Origin: Verrucomicrobiota bacterium
GTDB taxonomy: Bacteria; Verrucomicrobiota; Verrucomicrobiia; Opitutales; Coraliomargaritaceae
Assembly (NCBI GenBank): GCA_039815375.1
Contig: JBCBZJ010000003.1
Span: 32,001-96,000, forward strand
Direction: 5' to 3'
Length of the DNA stretch: 64,000 bases
The number at the start of each line of letters is the position of its first letter. The first letter of the stretch is position 1. Under the pieces are notes generated by a model. The model had not been told where the DNA came from. It was given only the letters and a program-made list of their open reading frames with translations, and searched no databases. Positions 54,003 through 64,000 of the stretch are shown one piece after another. Position numbers and translations under genes: made by a program.

Positions 54003-56401
54003 TGTTTTTGAATGCGTGCGATACGGTCTTCGAGAGACTCGGTGGAGATTTTGCTCGTTAAGCGGTCTGCGATGAGGGGAAGTGACAGTGGTGTAGGTCT
54101 TGGCGTTTCTTTGAAAATATGGCGGCTCGATTGCAGGCGCTTAAGTGTCTGCCTTAAGCGGGCCTCTTCAAATTGATTTTCGAGCACCTCTTCTTGTGCT
54201 TGCTGAATGAGAAGGTTTTCGGGGTCATATTTCGAGAAGACATCGTAAAGTAATCCTGAGGAGGCTTGTAATTGTTTGCCTGATTTTCTTGAGCCGGGGT
54301 AGCCGTCAAATGTGAGGCCAGCGATGCGTGCGATGCCGCGGAATTGGCGCTTCGCCATTTCGCCGACGTTGATGCTTTCGAGGGTGTCTTCAAGTAGGTT
54401 CTCCAAGCTGAAAAGTTCAGGTTTTTTCGTGATGATGTCCTGAAAGGGAAATGGTTCCGGGCAAAGCCACTCGATACCGTAGTCGCTGGCGGTCATGGTA
54501 AAGGTAGCTGCTTGAACTTGTCCCATGCGGTAGGCGAGTAGGGCGGCGAGCCCGTCGTTTACGAGACGGCCTTCAAAGGTAAAACAGAACGCGTGGTAGC
54601 CTTCGCGGGTTTTGCAGGTTTCGAAGAGGACTTCGTCGGCTTTTGGAATGTGAGAGAGTTCCTGTTGCGTGCGCAGGACGGGTTCGAGGGTGCGGAGTTC
54701 AGGCGTATCGGGTGCTGCGCTCTTTGCAATTTGATCGAAGCTGCGGCGGAGTGCATTCGCGAGCTGGTTGGACAGTGGCATCTTACCGCCGAGCCATCGC
54801 GGGACACTGGCTTGGCCACCTTTTGCGCGTTTCACAAAGAGTGTCATGTCGCGGAAGCTGTATTGTTGCAGGACCTTGCCACCGAACAAAAATTTCTCGC
54901 GAGGTTTAAGTCGGCTGGCGAAGGATTCCTCGACGTTACCGATGCGGCCGCCGCCAAGGAAGCGGACTTGGACCATGCTGTCCGAAGTAATGGTGCCGAT
55001 CATCATGCGATGGCGCTTGGCTTGTTTGGGTTGCTTGATGGTCCAGTCGCCGAGATCGTTACGCATGAGCTTGCCGTAATCGGGGTAGCTGTTTAAGGTC
55101 TTACCACCGCTGGCAACCAGTTGCAGTGCCCAATTGAATCGATCTTTACTAAGACTTTCGTAGGCTTTGGTGGAAGTGATTTCTTCGAAGAGGCTTTCTT
55201 CGTTGAAGCTTGTTCCGATGGATCGAGTAACAATGTGTTGGCAAAGCACGTCGAGCGGTTCGTGTGGCGCATGGATCGCTTCGATCTCGGACTTCTCAAT
55301 CGCTTCGCGTGCGGCAGCGAACTCTAAAAGATGGAGCACGCTGGCGGGCATACAGAGGAGCTTCGATTTCTCGCCCATGCGGTGATTACTGCGACCGGCA
55401 CGCTGCATGAGGCGGGCGATGCCTTTGGGCGAACCGATCTGCACAACTTGCTCGATCAGGGAAAAATCGACGCCGAGGTCGAGTGATGAAGTCGCCACAA
55501 CAAGGCGGATCTTTCCCGTCTTCAGACCGGATTCGAGGAGCTCGCGTCCATCGCGGTCGAGTGAACCATGGTGGAGGCCAATTTGCTCAATCCACTTGGG
55601 CTTCGCGCGGATGATTGCTTCGTGCCACATCTCGGCCTGGTTGCGCGTGTTTGTAAAAACCAGAGTGGGCCTTGCAGGATCGAGTCTGTCCAGGAGTGCT
55701 TTCGCGGCTCGAAGGCCCATATTGCCTGCCCATGGAAGCGAGGTGATTTCTTCAGGGATTACGCTTTCTAAAACAATTGGGCGTTCTATTGAAGCAGTAA
55801 TGTGAACTGCTTTTGGATCATGGGGGACGAGGTGCGCCATGGCATCGTTTGGGTTCGCGAGTGTCGCGCTCATGCCCCAAGTCTTGAGCCTCGGGTGCCA
55901 CTCGCGGAGGCGAGCGAGAGCAAGCTCGACCTGGGTGCCCCGCTTGCTCGAAAGCAGCTCGTGCCATTCATCGACGATGACTGTGTCGAGCTTTGCGAAA
56001 AGGCGCTCTGCCTCGGGGTAGGTAAGCAGTAGTGTGAGTGACTCTGGTGTCGTCAGCAGGACTTCGGGAAGCTTTCGCTTTTGCCGGGCCTTGACCGAGC
56101 TTGAGGTGTCGCCGGTTCGGGATTCGACCGTAGCAGAGAGTCCGATGTCTTCCAGTGGTTTTGCCAGTGCGAGCTCAAGGTCGCGGGTCATGGCCCTTAG
56201 CGGAGTGAGGTAAAGGATTTTCAGGCCGGTTGATTTAAGATCTTTCAGTTGATCAAGTAAGCCGCCGTAGGCTGCATAGGTCTTGCCCGAGCCGGTGGGC
56301 ACTTGGATCAGTCCCGACTGGCCATTGCGCTGCGCCTTCCAGGTCGCTTTTTGAAATGGGTGGGCCTTCCACCCCTTTTGCTTGAACCATTCTTCGATCA
56401 C
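53990..56401 (-). CDS. ligase-associated DEXH-box helicase (Lhr-core)
   Basis: PTGSGKT, DEWHELL, HHGSL, SSLDLGVDF, QRAGRS; coupled to pdeM. Confidence 0.92.
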   Translation of the reverse strand: MIEEWFKQKGWKAHPFQKATWKAQRNGQSGLIQVPTGSGKTYAAYGGLLDQLKDLKSTGLKILYLTPLRAMTRDLELALAKPLEDIGLSATVESRTGDTSSSVKARQKRKLPEVLLTTPESLTLLLTYPEAERLFAKLDTVIVDEWHELLSSKRGTQVELALARLREWHPRLKTWGMSATLANPNDAMAHLVPHDPKAVHITASIERPIVLESVIPEEITSLPWAGNMGLRAAKALLDRLDPARPTLVFTNTRNQAEMWHEAIIRAKPKWIEQIGLHHGSLDRDGRELLESGLKTGKIRLVVATSSLDLGVDFSLIEQVVQIGSPKGIARLMQRAGRSNHRMGEKSKLLCMPASVLHLLEFAAAREAIEKSEIEAIHAPHEPLDVLCQHIVTRSIGTSFNEESLFEEITSTKAYESLSKDRFNWALQLVASGGKTLNSYPDYGKLMRNDLGDWTIKQPKQAKRHRMMIGTITSDSMVQVRFLGGGRIGNVEESFASRLKPREKFLFGGKVLQQYSFRDMTLFVKRAKGGQASVPRWLGGKMPLSNQLANALRRSFDQIAKSAAPDTPELRTLEPVLRTQQELSHIPKADEVLFETCKTREGYHAFCFTFEGRLVNDGLAALLAYRMGQVQAATFTMTASDYGIEWLCPEPFPFQDIITKKPELFSLENLLEDTLESINVGEMAKRQFRGIARIAGLTFDGYPGSRKSGKQLQASSGLLYDVFSKYDPENLLIQQAQEEVLENQFEEARLRQTLKRLQSSRHIFKETPRPTPLSLPLIADRLTSKISTESLEDRIARIQKQWLR

Positions 56402-56467
56402 TTAGGACCAGCAAAGGTTGAATCCACACTTTTGCAAGGTGACCCAAAGAAGACCTGAGGCTCTCCG

Positions 56468-57187
56468 TTAGCGTTCGCCTATAAGAAGCCGGCAGTAATC
56501 ATTAGCCGGGCATGAGGTAACTTCTTGGACTGAGTCGATCTGTTCGAGCTTTCCGGAGCGTAGGATTGCGACGCGTTGGCCAAAATGTCGTGCATCGGCG
56601 GGGTCATGGGTGACGAGAATACCGGTCATCTTTTCTGCGATTAAGATCGAGCGAATTTCCTCCCGGAGTTTGGCGGTCGTTGACACGTCGAGGTTACTGT
56701 AAGGTTCGTCGAGGAGGATGACTTCGGGCTTTGCTGCCAGGGCACGTGCGAGGGCGACGCGTTGCGCTTCGCCGCCGGAGAGCTCGTGCGGGTAGCGGTC
56801 GCCCAGCCCGGGAAGGTGGACGCGTTCCAAGAGATCGGCAGCGGTCTCTTCAATAACATCTTTGCTCGCACGGCCCAGAGCGTAACCGATATTCTGTGTT
56901 GCAGTCATGTGCGGAAATAGCGCTCCCCCTTGGAAGACGAGGCCAACACGCCTCTTTTCTGGCGGTATCCAGTTGTTCTCCCCGGCGAAGCAGCGCTCGC
57001 CGCAGTGAATCGATCCAGAGCTGGGTTTTTCAAGGCCAGCGATTAGACGAAGTATCGTGGTCTTGCCGCTGCCGCTTTCGCCAACGAGGGAAACCAGCTC
57101 GTGCGCTTCGACTGTAAACGAAACTGAGTCGACTGCGGCTCTCTTTCCGTTTTTGAAGCGCTTGGATATGTTGTCGATGCGGAGCAA
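56468..57187 (-). CDS. Fe(III) ABC transporter ATPase (FbpC-like)
   Basis: GESGSGKT, LFPHM, YPHELSGG, LLDEP. Confidence 0.85.
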   Translation of the reverse strand: MLRIDNISKRFKNGKRAAVDSVSFTVEAHELVSLVGESGSGKTTILRLIAGLEKPSSGSIHCGERCFAGENNWIPPEKRRVGLVFQGGALFPHMTATQNIGYALGRASKDVIEETAADLLERVHLPGLGDRYPHELSGGEAQRVALARALAAKPEVILLDEPYSNLDVSTTAKLREEIRSILIAEKMTGILVTHDPADARHFGQRVAILRSGKLEQIDSVQEVTSCPANDYCRLLIGER

Positions 57188-57347
57188 TGTGCTTGGGCGG
57201 ATCGGTTAAATGAATTATTGAGCTAGCGCGGTACCGTCTTCGATGCACACCCGTTTTTTGGGGTGAGCTGTTTCGGGTATAAATGCGATCCGGGACGGAC
57301 CTGTGCTATTATTGTCTTTCGATACGAGACCATTGTGTAGGATGGAT

Positions 57348-58961
57348 CTAAATTTCGGTGTAGCGGTGGATGATGCGCAAGCCCCAAACGCCGAGCAAGA
57401 TGATCATGAGCGAAGGAAATGCGCTGTCATAGATCAGGCCTTCTTTGGCAAATCCGAAGGCGTGAGTGGCGAGTGTCTCGAATCCACTTGGGCGTAGGAT
57501 GAGTGTGAGAGGTAGCTCTTTGGTGAGGTCAATGAACACGAGTGTGCCACCGGCGAGCAGGTTGCCTCGAAGTAGAGGCCAGTAGATCTTCGTCATCGAT
57601 CTCCATCGGCTTTGGCCGAGGCTTTGCGAGACTTCTTGAAGAGAGCCACAAGTTCGTTCGATACCGCTGAGTGCCGGCATATAGGCAACGGTTAAGAAGC
57701 GGACCGTGTAAGCGAAACTAATTGCCGCGACAGACCCGCTTAACGTGAAGGACCAGATCGAGGCTAGTGGAGAGTTATCCAATGCGCCGAGCAGCGTCAT
57801 GACACCGACTCCGGTAACGACGCTGGGGATCGCATAACCAATCGTTGCGCTGTCGGTATAGCGGCGAAAGAGCCCTCCGTGAAGGCGTGTACAGTAAGCG
57901 AGAAAGAAAGCGAGCAGCGCTATCAGGATTGAGATGCCCACGGCAAGCGAAAGACTTGTGCTGACCTGCTTGAGAAACCGTAGGAAGTTGAAGTCCGTCG
58001 AGGCGATGATCGCCCAGTGCGTGAGTTTTGCGACCGGGTAGATGAAACCGATGATAAACGGCACGGCGCAAAGAACATTGGCAAGAATCGCCCGCTTTCG
58101 CGAGAGTGCCAGCCGTTCGTGCGTGTAGGTATTGCTCAGCGCAGGGGCGAAGCGTTTCCGACGTCGCTGCCAACGTTCGAGTGCAAGTATGAAAAAGACG
58201 AGGCAGATCACAACAGCGGCGAGGCGGATGCCAGCAACACGATCGCCCAGACCGAACCAGCTGCGGAAAATACCTTCAGTCAAAGTCGGCACTCCAAAAA
58301 AGTTAACTGCACCGTAGTCGTTGACCACTTCCATCACGATCAGGCTCAAACCTGCAACCAACGCGGGACGTGCAAGCGGAAGCGCGACCCGGCGAAAGAT
58401 GGAGCCGTTGGATTGACCTAACACGCGGCCCGCTTCAAAATAGACGCTCTGTTCCCGAGAAAAAGCGACCCTCAGGCAGGTAAACAGGTAGGGGTAGAGC
58501 ACTGAAGTAAGAAGAATAATAAGCGTGCCGTAACGGATGACGCGCTCGGTCCATTGTGAAGCGTCGAAGCCGAAAAGCTCTCTCACCTTAACGATCAGCG
58601 GTATTGAGAAATTCAATACATCATAGTAGACAAAGGCCGATGTGAACGTCGGCACGGCAAGCGGCATGATAAGGGCCCATTCCCAAAAGCGTCGCCCCGT
58701 AAAGTCAAAGCTGGCCACGAGCCATGCTGTCGGCACGGCAATGGCAACGCTGAGTATGCCAACGCCGAGGACGACGATAAGCGTGTTGGCAATGTAGCCG
58801 GGCAGGACTGTCCCCGCGAGATGACCCCAATACGCACTAGGCTCAAAGAGACCGAAAAAAACCGCAATCAGGGGCGCGAGTAGAACCAACGCACAGATGG
58901 CAACGCTGGTAGACCAGCCATCGATCCCGCGCCAGAAGCTTCTCGCGCCAGAAGCGATCAC
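57348..58961 (-). CDS. Fe(III) ABC transporter permease (FbpB/FutB-like)
   Basis: Duplicated permease domains, LPLARPA, KELPLTLILRP. Confidence 0.9.
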   Translation of the reverse strand: MIASGARSFWRGIDGWSTSVAICALVLLAPLIAVFFGLFEPSAYWGHLAGTVLPGYIANTLIVVLGVGILSVAIAVPTAWLVASFDFTGRRFWEWALIMPLAVPTFTSAFVYYDVLNFSIPLIVKVRELFGFDASQWTERVIRYGTLIILLTSVLYPYLFTCLRVAFSREQSVYFEAGRVLGQSNGSIFRRVALPLARPALVAGLSLIVMEVVNDYGAVNFFGVPTLTEGIFRSWFGLGDRVAGIRLAAVVICLVFFILALERWQRRRKRFAPALSNTYTHERLALSRKRAILANVLCAVPFIIGFIYPVAKLTHWAIIASTDFNFLRFLKQVSTSLSLAVGISILIALLAFFLAYCTRLHGGLFRRYTDSATIGYAIPSVVTGVGVMTLLGALDNSPLASIWSFTLSGSVAAISFAYTVRFLTVAYMPALSGIERTCGSLQEVSQSLGQSRWRSMTKIYWPLLRGNLLAGGTLVFIDLTKELPLTLILRPSGFETLATHAFGFAKEGLIYDSAFPSLMIILLGVWGLRIIHRYTEI

Positions 58962-59962
58962 TCCCAGCCCGATAAGTTGAAGCAGCGTATCGCAGCAGCG
59001 TTGAGCTCACCCACTTTGGAAAGTGCGGTTGTGTCTGCGGTGAATGCGCCCCAGGATTGCTGCAGTGGTGACCATTCGATCCAGGGAACTGCGGGATATT
59101 CAGAAGTTGTTGCGGGGAAGACCTTCTGAGCTTCGTCGGATGCAAGGAACTCAAGGAATTTCTGTGCACCTGCAACATTGTCTGATGTGGCGACGATGCC
59201 GGCTCCGCTCACATTGATGTGCGTGCCCCGGTCGTTCTGATTGGGAAAAAAGAAGGCGAGCTGCGAGGCGACTTTGCGGTCCGCCTCACTATCGGAGTTG
59301 GCGAGCAGTCCGAGATAGTAGGTGTTGACGACCGCTGCATCAGCGAGTCCTGCTACGACGGCTCGCATTTGATCGCGGTCACTGCCCTGCGGAGGACGCG
59401 CCATGTTTTTGCGCACGGCACCAGCCCATGCTATAGCCGTTTTTTCATCTGTGTTGGCAATGATCGAAGCAAGCAGTGACTGGTTATAGATATTGGATGA
59501 TGAGCGCGCAATGACCCGGCCCTTCCACTCCGGCCCAGCGAGAGCTTCATAGGTGCTGAGTTCTTCAGGTTTCACTCGTTCCGGGGCGTATGCGATGACT
59601 CGGGCTCTCTGTGTGAAACCAAACCAAAAGCCCTCCGAATCGCGAAGGTGAGCAGGAATTCTCGCTTCAAGCGTCTCCGAACGGAGCGATTGCAGAACTC
59701 CAGCTTCCTTTGCGAGATGGAGACGACCGGCATCAACTGTTAGCAGGATGTCTGCGGGAGATTTTTCGCCCTCTGATTTAATCCGGTCGATCAGGGTACC
59801 GGCCTTGCTTTTGACGACCTCAAGCTCGATCCCTGTTTTTTCAGTGAATTTTTTGAAGAGTATCTCGTCCGACTCGTAGTGACGATAGGTGTAGACCGTG
59901 AGCGTTTCTGCTTGAGAGGAAGCGATGAACGCCGCAGCGAGGATGCCAAGGAGTATTTTCAT
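58958..59962 (-). CDS. Fe(III) ABC substrate-binding protein (FbpA/FutA-like)
   Basis: RHY, TVDAGRL, NIYNQSL, NTYY, GTHINVSG. Confidence 0.93.
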   Translation of the reverse strand: MKILLGILAAAFIASSQAETLTVYTYRHYESDEILFKKFTEKTGIELEVVKSKAGTLIDRIKSEGEKSPADILLTVDAGRLHLAKEAGVLQSLRSETLEARIPAHLRDSEGFWFGFTQRARVIAYAPERVKPEELSTYEALAGPEWKGRVIARSSSNIYNQSLLASIIANTDEKTAIAWAGAVRKNMARPPQGSDRDQMRAVVAGLADAAVVNTYYLGLLANSDSEADRKVASQLAFFFPNQNDRGTHINVSGAGIVATSDNVAGAQKFLEFLASDEAQKVFPATTSEYPAVPWIEWSPLQQSWGAFTADTTALSKVGELNAAAIRCFNLSGWE

Positions 59963-59976
59963 AAATAGTAATATTA

Positions 59977-59995
59977 AATGAGATGGAGTCTCAGA
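59977..59995. promoter_or_regulatory. Fur-like box
   Basis: AATGAGATGGAGTCTCAGA (TGAGA-N5-TCTCA) between a minus-strand TTGACG and the fbpA-like start. Confidence 0.55.
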
Positions 59996-60089
59996 GAGTT
60001 CACGGTTCTACCGTCAACGCAAGTCACTTGGCCAAAACTCTCAATAAATTCATCCGGGCAGCTTAGCCTGAGTTCACTCTCAGGACATT

Positions 60090-60932
60090 TTAGTCTGCAA
60101 CTGGCTCCAAACCCAGTGCATTCCTTTTTTTTGCATCCTGCGGGCGGTTTTCGGACCAGTATTCGCTATTCATGATACGATGGCTTAGCTTTGCAGTGGT
60201 TGTGCCACTGGGACCGATTTCCTTCCAGGCCCGGATGATGTGGGGAAAAGCGGTGTCGAATTCGATTTCCAGCGTGCGGTTGATTGCGGGGTAACGGATG
60301 GCATAAAGTGAGGTCTTACTATCCCGGAAGAGCTTGGCTTCTGCATTTTCAGCTTGGATTGGGCGGTGCGCGAACCTCGTGTAAACGGCGCCCGGCACAG
60401 CTTTGAGTGAGCCGGTCGGGAGCGAGCTGGGATCAAGGCGGAGTCGAGTCCACAGTTCATCTTCGAGCCAGACATTGGAAAGTTTGAAGTTGCGGTCACC
60501 TTCCCGTTGGAAATAAGACCGGAGTTCGCCGCGCCAACCTGAGTCGGTCTTGTTTGTTTGTTGGAAGGCCTGCCCGCACCAATCCTGGACAGAGGTATTG
60601 GTTTTTAGGGCATGCGGATAGGCCGTGAGATCGATGGGCTGGAAAGTGCTGGTCATCGTTCGGTAGGAATAGATGCCTGTGTTGAAGGTGCGGAGGGCAT
60701 TTAGCTTTAGAGTGTCGACCGACTCGCCGCCGCCGTATTCGTTTTTGACCTGTTGGCTGGTGAGGAAGGGTTCGGTCACGAAAATAAACTCAGCGTGCCC
60801 GGGGTGCGCTTTGCCATAGCGCATCTGATTGAGCTCGAAGCTTGAGATTTCAGCCCCCGCAAACCAGAAGTCGCGGACCTTGTCGGCGTGCAGGCTGAAT
60901 AGAAGAGTTATGAATAGTAGTGCGATGCGCAT
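60090..60932 (-). CDS. conserved-looking secreted hypothetical protein
   Basis: Signal peptide; AEISSFEL.Q.RYG, FVTEPF, FNTGIYSY, QDWCGQ. Confidence 0.75.
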   Translation of the reverse strand: MRIALLFITLLFSLHADKVRDFWFAGAEISSFELNQMRYGKAHPGHAEFIFVTEPFLTSQQVKNEYGGGESVDTLKLNALRTFNTGIYSYRTMTSTFQPIDLTAYPHALKTNTSVQDWCGQAFQQTNKTDSGWRGELRSYFQREGDRNFKLSNVWLEDELWTRLRLDPSSLPTGSLKAVPGAVYTRFAHRPIQAENAEAKLFRDSKTSLYAIRYPAINRTLEIEFDTAFPHIIRAWKEIGPSGTTTAKLSHRIMNSEYWSENRPQDAKKRNALGLEPVAD

Positions 60933-61016
60933 ACTTTATAATGTGCCGAAAATGCGCAAAGTTCAACCGAATCTGCGTAGCCTCCTAAGCTCCAATTCTG
61001 TTATGATCCAGGCTCC

Positions 61017-62381
61017 ATGCAAATCACGGATAGAGATTTGAAGCTGATCGAGAAGTATGACCGTCCGGGGCCCCGTTATACCAGCTACCCCCCTGCAAAT
61101 CACTTTCAGGAATTCAAGGATGTCTCGCCATTGCTTCGTTCTCTTGAGGAAAGCGATGCGCCGCTTTCGCTTTATTTTCATCTGCCTTTTTGCGAGACCC
61201 TTTGCTGGTTCTGTGGTTGCCACCAAATCACAACAACAAATCGTAATCGCGCAGACGATTACCTTGATCTGCTTGAAGCCGAACTAGAGCTTTTTGCGAG
61301 ATATCATCGCCCGGAGCGAGAAGTGGTGCAAATGCACTTCGGCGGCGGCACGCCTAATTTCTTTACTCCTGAACAGCTGGATCGATTGTGGGCAATGATT
61401 GAGATGCGTTTCCGGTTCGCGCCGGAAGCGGAGAAGTCGGTGGAGCTGGATCCGCGTCGCCTCAGCCCAGATCAGGTTCAGGCTTTGGCAAAAATGGGCA
61501 TTACGCGGGCGTCCTTCGGTGTCCAGGATTGTAATCCTGAAGTGCAGAAAGTGATTCATCGAGAGCAGCCTCAGGCAATGAACGAGGCAGCGATGAAGAT
61601 GTTGCGTGCGAACAGCTTTGTATCGGTCAATCTGGACCTGATCTATGGTCTGCCCTCGCAGACGGTTGAGAGCTTCAAAGAGACTATCGATCAAGTGCTG
61701 GCCTTGAAACCGGACCGCTTTGCCGTTTTCAACTACGCACATGTGCCTTGGATGCGGCCCGCTCAGAAGCTGCTGGAATGCGCAGGTTTGCCCGATGCGC
61801 GAACCAAGCTCGAACTCTTGAAGCTGTGTGTCGAGCGACTCTCCGGTGCCGGCTATGAATGTATTGGCATGGACCACTTTGCGTTGCCGAAGGACGAGCT
61901 TGTTGTTGCTCAAAAGCGGGGCACTTTACAGCGAAACTTTCAGGGCTATAGTACGCGGTCGGGTGTTGAGATCTGTGGTTTTGGGATCTCAAGCATTTCG
62001 CAGAGTGCAAATGGATTTCGGCAGAACGTCAAAGATCTCGAAAGCTACCGTGCCCAACTTGAAGAGGGGCAGCTACCAATTGTAAGAGGATATCTTTTAA
62101 CCGACGAAGATCGGATGCGCTCTGATTTGATTATGCGCCTGATGTGTGATCTATCGCTCGACTATATCGCGATGTCTGAAAAGTGGGGTATCGATTTCGA
62201 GACCCACTTTTGGGGCTCCTTGATGCGGCTGCGCGAACCTGCAGAGGATGGCTTGATCGAGTTCTCACCGCGTGGCTTCCGAGTGACCGAAAGCGGGCGG
62301 TTCTTTATTCGAAATCTGGCGATGTGCTTCGATGCTTATCTCGAGCCTGCAGCCGAGAAACGCTACTCGAGGACTGTTTAA
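61017..62381 (+). CDS. hemN: oxygen-independent coproporphyrinogen III oxidase
   Basis: GPRYTSYP, CETLCWFCGC, GGGTP, RNFQGYST. Confidence 0.96.
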   Translation: MQITDRDLKLIEKYDRPGPRYTSYPPANHFQEFKDVSPLLRSLEESDAPLSLYFHLPFCETLCWFCGCHQITTTNRNRADDYLDLLEAELELFARYHRPEREVVQMHFGGGTPNFFTPEQLDRLWAMIEMRFRFAPEAEKSVELDPRRLSPDQVQALAKMGITRASFGVQDCNPEVQKVIHREQPQAMNEAAMKMLRANSFVSVNLDLIYGLPSQTVESFKETIDQVLALKPDRFAVFNYAHVPWMRPAQKLLECAGLPDARTKLELLKLCVERLSGAGYECIGMDHFALPKDELVVAQKRGTLQRNFQGYSTRSGVEICGFGISSISQSANGFRQNVKDLESYRAQLEEGQLPIVRGYLLTDEDRMRSDLIMRLMCDLSLDYIAMSEKWGIDFETHFWGSLMRLREPAEDGLIEFSPRGFRVTESGRFFIRNLAMCFDAYLEPAAEKRYSRTV

Positions 62382-63226
62382 GCGGAGAACCCAAGGGCCT
62401 CAGTATCGAACTCCATACTGGCGACGCGCGTGGCAGGTCCGCTCATGCGAATTTCATAGTCGTCGCCGATGACGATACCGATTTTTCCGCCGGGCATGTG
62501 CACGGTGATTTCGCGGTCGCAGAGTCCGATGCGGTGGGCGACTGCTGCCGCAGCGCTGCTGCTGGAGCCGGAGGCAAGCGTGTAACCTGCGCCGCGCTCC
62601 CAGATCTCGATTTGGATGTTGTTTCGATCGAGCGCTTTCAGGAACTGGACGTTGGTGCGATTGGGAAAATCCGGATGCACTTCGATGGCGGCACCGTCTT
62701 TGCAGGCTAGCGTTTCAGAGATTTCAGGGAGGGGCACGACGCAGTGCGGATTGCCGATGTCAGCGATATAGGTGGTATAGGTGGTACCATTGACCGTGAG
62801 TTCGTGGTCAAGGTTGTGGTCGGCCTGCTCTGGGCCATCCACAGGAATGTGGTCGCGTCCGAAGTGGACCTTACCCATATCGACAGTGATGACTTCCGCA
62901 CTCTCGCCGATGGTGCAGGTGACTACGCCGCCAAGTGTATCGACGGTAAAGGCCTCGTTTTTGACCGCGCCGGTGTCGTAAAGGTAGCGCGCGAAGATGC
63001 GGAGGCCGTTGCCGCTCTTTTCGGCTTCGCTGCCGTCCGGGTTCATAATCCGGAGGCCGAAGTCGGCTTTTTCGGTCTCAAGTGGACCGAATAGAATGCC
63101 GTCGGAGCCGAGTCCGAAATTACGATGGCAGATGCGAATGGTATCCGCTTCGTCGGGCAGTTTACCGTCTTTCGGGTCGAGGACGAGGTAGTCGTTACCC
63201 AGTGCATGGTATTTACTGAAAAGCAT
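62378..63226 (-). CDS. dapF: diaminopimelate epimerase
   Basis: KYHALGNDY, GSDG, SGNGLR, GNPH, ERGAGYTLASG. Confidence 0.92.
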   Translation of the reverse strand: MLFSKYHALGNDYLVLDPKDGKLPDEADTIRICHRNFGLGSDGILFGPLETEKADFGLRIMNPDGSEAEKSGNGLRIFARYLYDTGAVKNEAFTVDTLGGVVTCTIGESAEVITVDMGKVHFGRDHIPVDGPEQADHNLDHELTVNGTTYTTYIADIGNPHCVVPLPEISETLACKDGAAIEVHPDFPNRTNVQFLKALDRNNIQIEIWERGAGYTLASGSSSSAAAAVAHRIGLCDREITVHMPGGKIGIVIGDDYEIRMSGPATRVASMEFDTEALGFSA

Positions 63227-63271
63227 AAGCTTTTAGCAAAGGCCCTGCGCGAGGTGATGCAACCCCTCGGT

Positions 63272-64000
63272 CTATGATTTTTGAGAGACCCCAACCTCAA
63301 GAGGTCGCGATGGATCTCCGGCGAGATGCAGGGTTTGGGTCGGGAAGGCAAAGTCGATATCTGCCGCATTGAAGCGCTCAAGAATCTGCATGTTCACATT
63401 CTCGCCAAACTCCAGGAAGTCCCAGTAAGCAGCAGGATGATACCAATATATGCAGAACAGGTTAAGGGCACAGTCCTGAAAATTGTTAAAGTAAACTTTT
63501 GGCGGAAAGTCCGGGTCCATCCCTTCGTGATCGGCGAGGATTTCTTCGATGATGGCTTTGGCTTCGCGCACCTTATCCGGTGGGGTATCATAAGTTATGG
63601 TGATATTAAAGAGGCGTCGAATATGGGGACGTTTCGAGATATTCTCAATGGACTTGTTGGCGAGCTCGCCATTTGGAATCGTTACTAAATGTCCAGTTAA
63701 GGTGCGTACGCGGGTTGAGCGCATGCCGACAGTTTCGATGATGCCATCGGTGCCATCGACCACTATGCGCTCGCCGACCTCAAAGGGGCGGTCCGAGAGG
63801 ATAACAAGCGAGCCGAAGAAGTTCTTGATCGTGTCCTGTGCTGCAAGTGCGAAGGCGAGACCGCCGATGCCGAGACCAGCGAGAATGGAAGTGACTTCTT
63901 TACCACTTAGGATCTGGGCGATCTGGACGAAGGTCAGGACAAGGATCGTTGCGGAAAGACTCTTCGCGATGATAGGCGCCAACATGTCGTCGAGTTTGCT
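63272..64000 (-). CDS. MscS mechanosensitive channel (5' end outside the window)
   Basis: GLGIGGLAFALAAQDT, DRPFEVGE, IPNG, FAFPTQT. Confidence 0.92.
   Translation of the reverse strand, partial: SKLDDMLAPIIAKSLSATILVLTFVQIAQILSGKEVTSILAGLGIGGLAFALAAQDTIKNFFGSLVILSDRPFEVGERIVVDGTDGIIETVGMRSTRVRTLTGHLVTIPNGELANKSIENISKRPHIRRLFNITITYDTPPDKVREAKAIIEEILADHEGMDPDFPPKVYFNNFQDCALNLFCIYWYHPAAYWDFLEFGENVNMQILERFNAADIDFAFPTQTLHLAGDPSRPLEVGVSQKS

Overview
Bacterial chromosomal window, most consistent with Verrucomicrobiota (Opitutae/Coraliomargarita-like); this is inferred from a TIGR02597-like protein beside a PEP-CTERM protein and from overall gene content. Most of it is housekeeping (pyk, folE2, prmA, purN, grpE-dnaJ, obgE, recD2, ribE, hemN, dapF, one CAT tRNA). 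Embedded modules are: an arsenic operon (arsR, Cys-Cys micro-protein, arsP, arsC, aquaporin); exbB-exbD-tonB; a putative sigma54-driven porin + urtABCDE + ureABCEFGD urea locus; an MhqR-like MarR/pirin/rhodanese-YceI module with visible operators; an Fe(III) ABC transporter with a Fur-like box; and an Lhr-PdeM pair without its usual ligase. The most striking non-coding structure is at 47.1-48.3 kb, where a REP-associated tyrosine transposase (RAYT) is flanked by a 136-bp-period tandem array built from two different but covarying GTAG-REP hairpins. The RAYT stop codon lies inside a REP GTAG, and a decayed copy of the element sits about 3.4 kb away in front of an AT-rich accessory gene. RAYT/REP systems are a known class, so any novelty would lie in this REP family, its architecture and its host. 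All calls come from reading motifs; no database search or GC computation was run.
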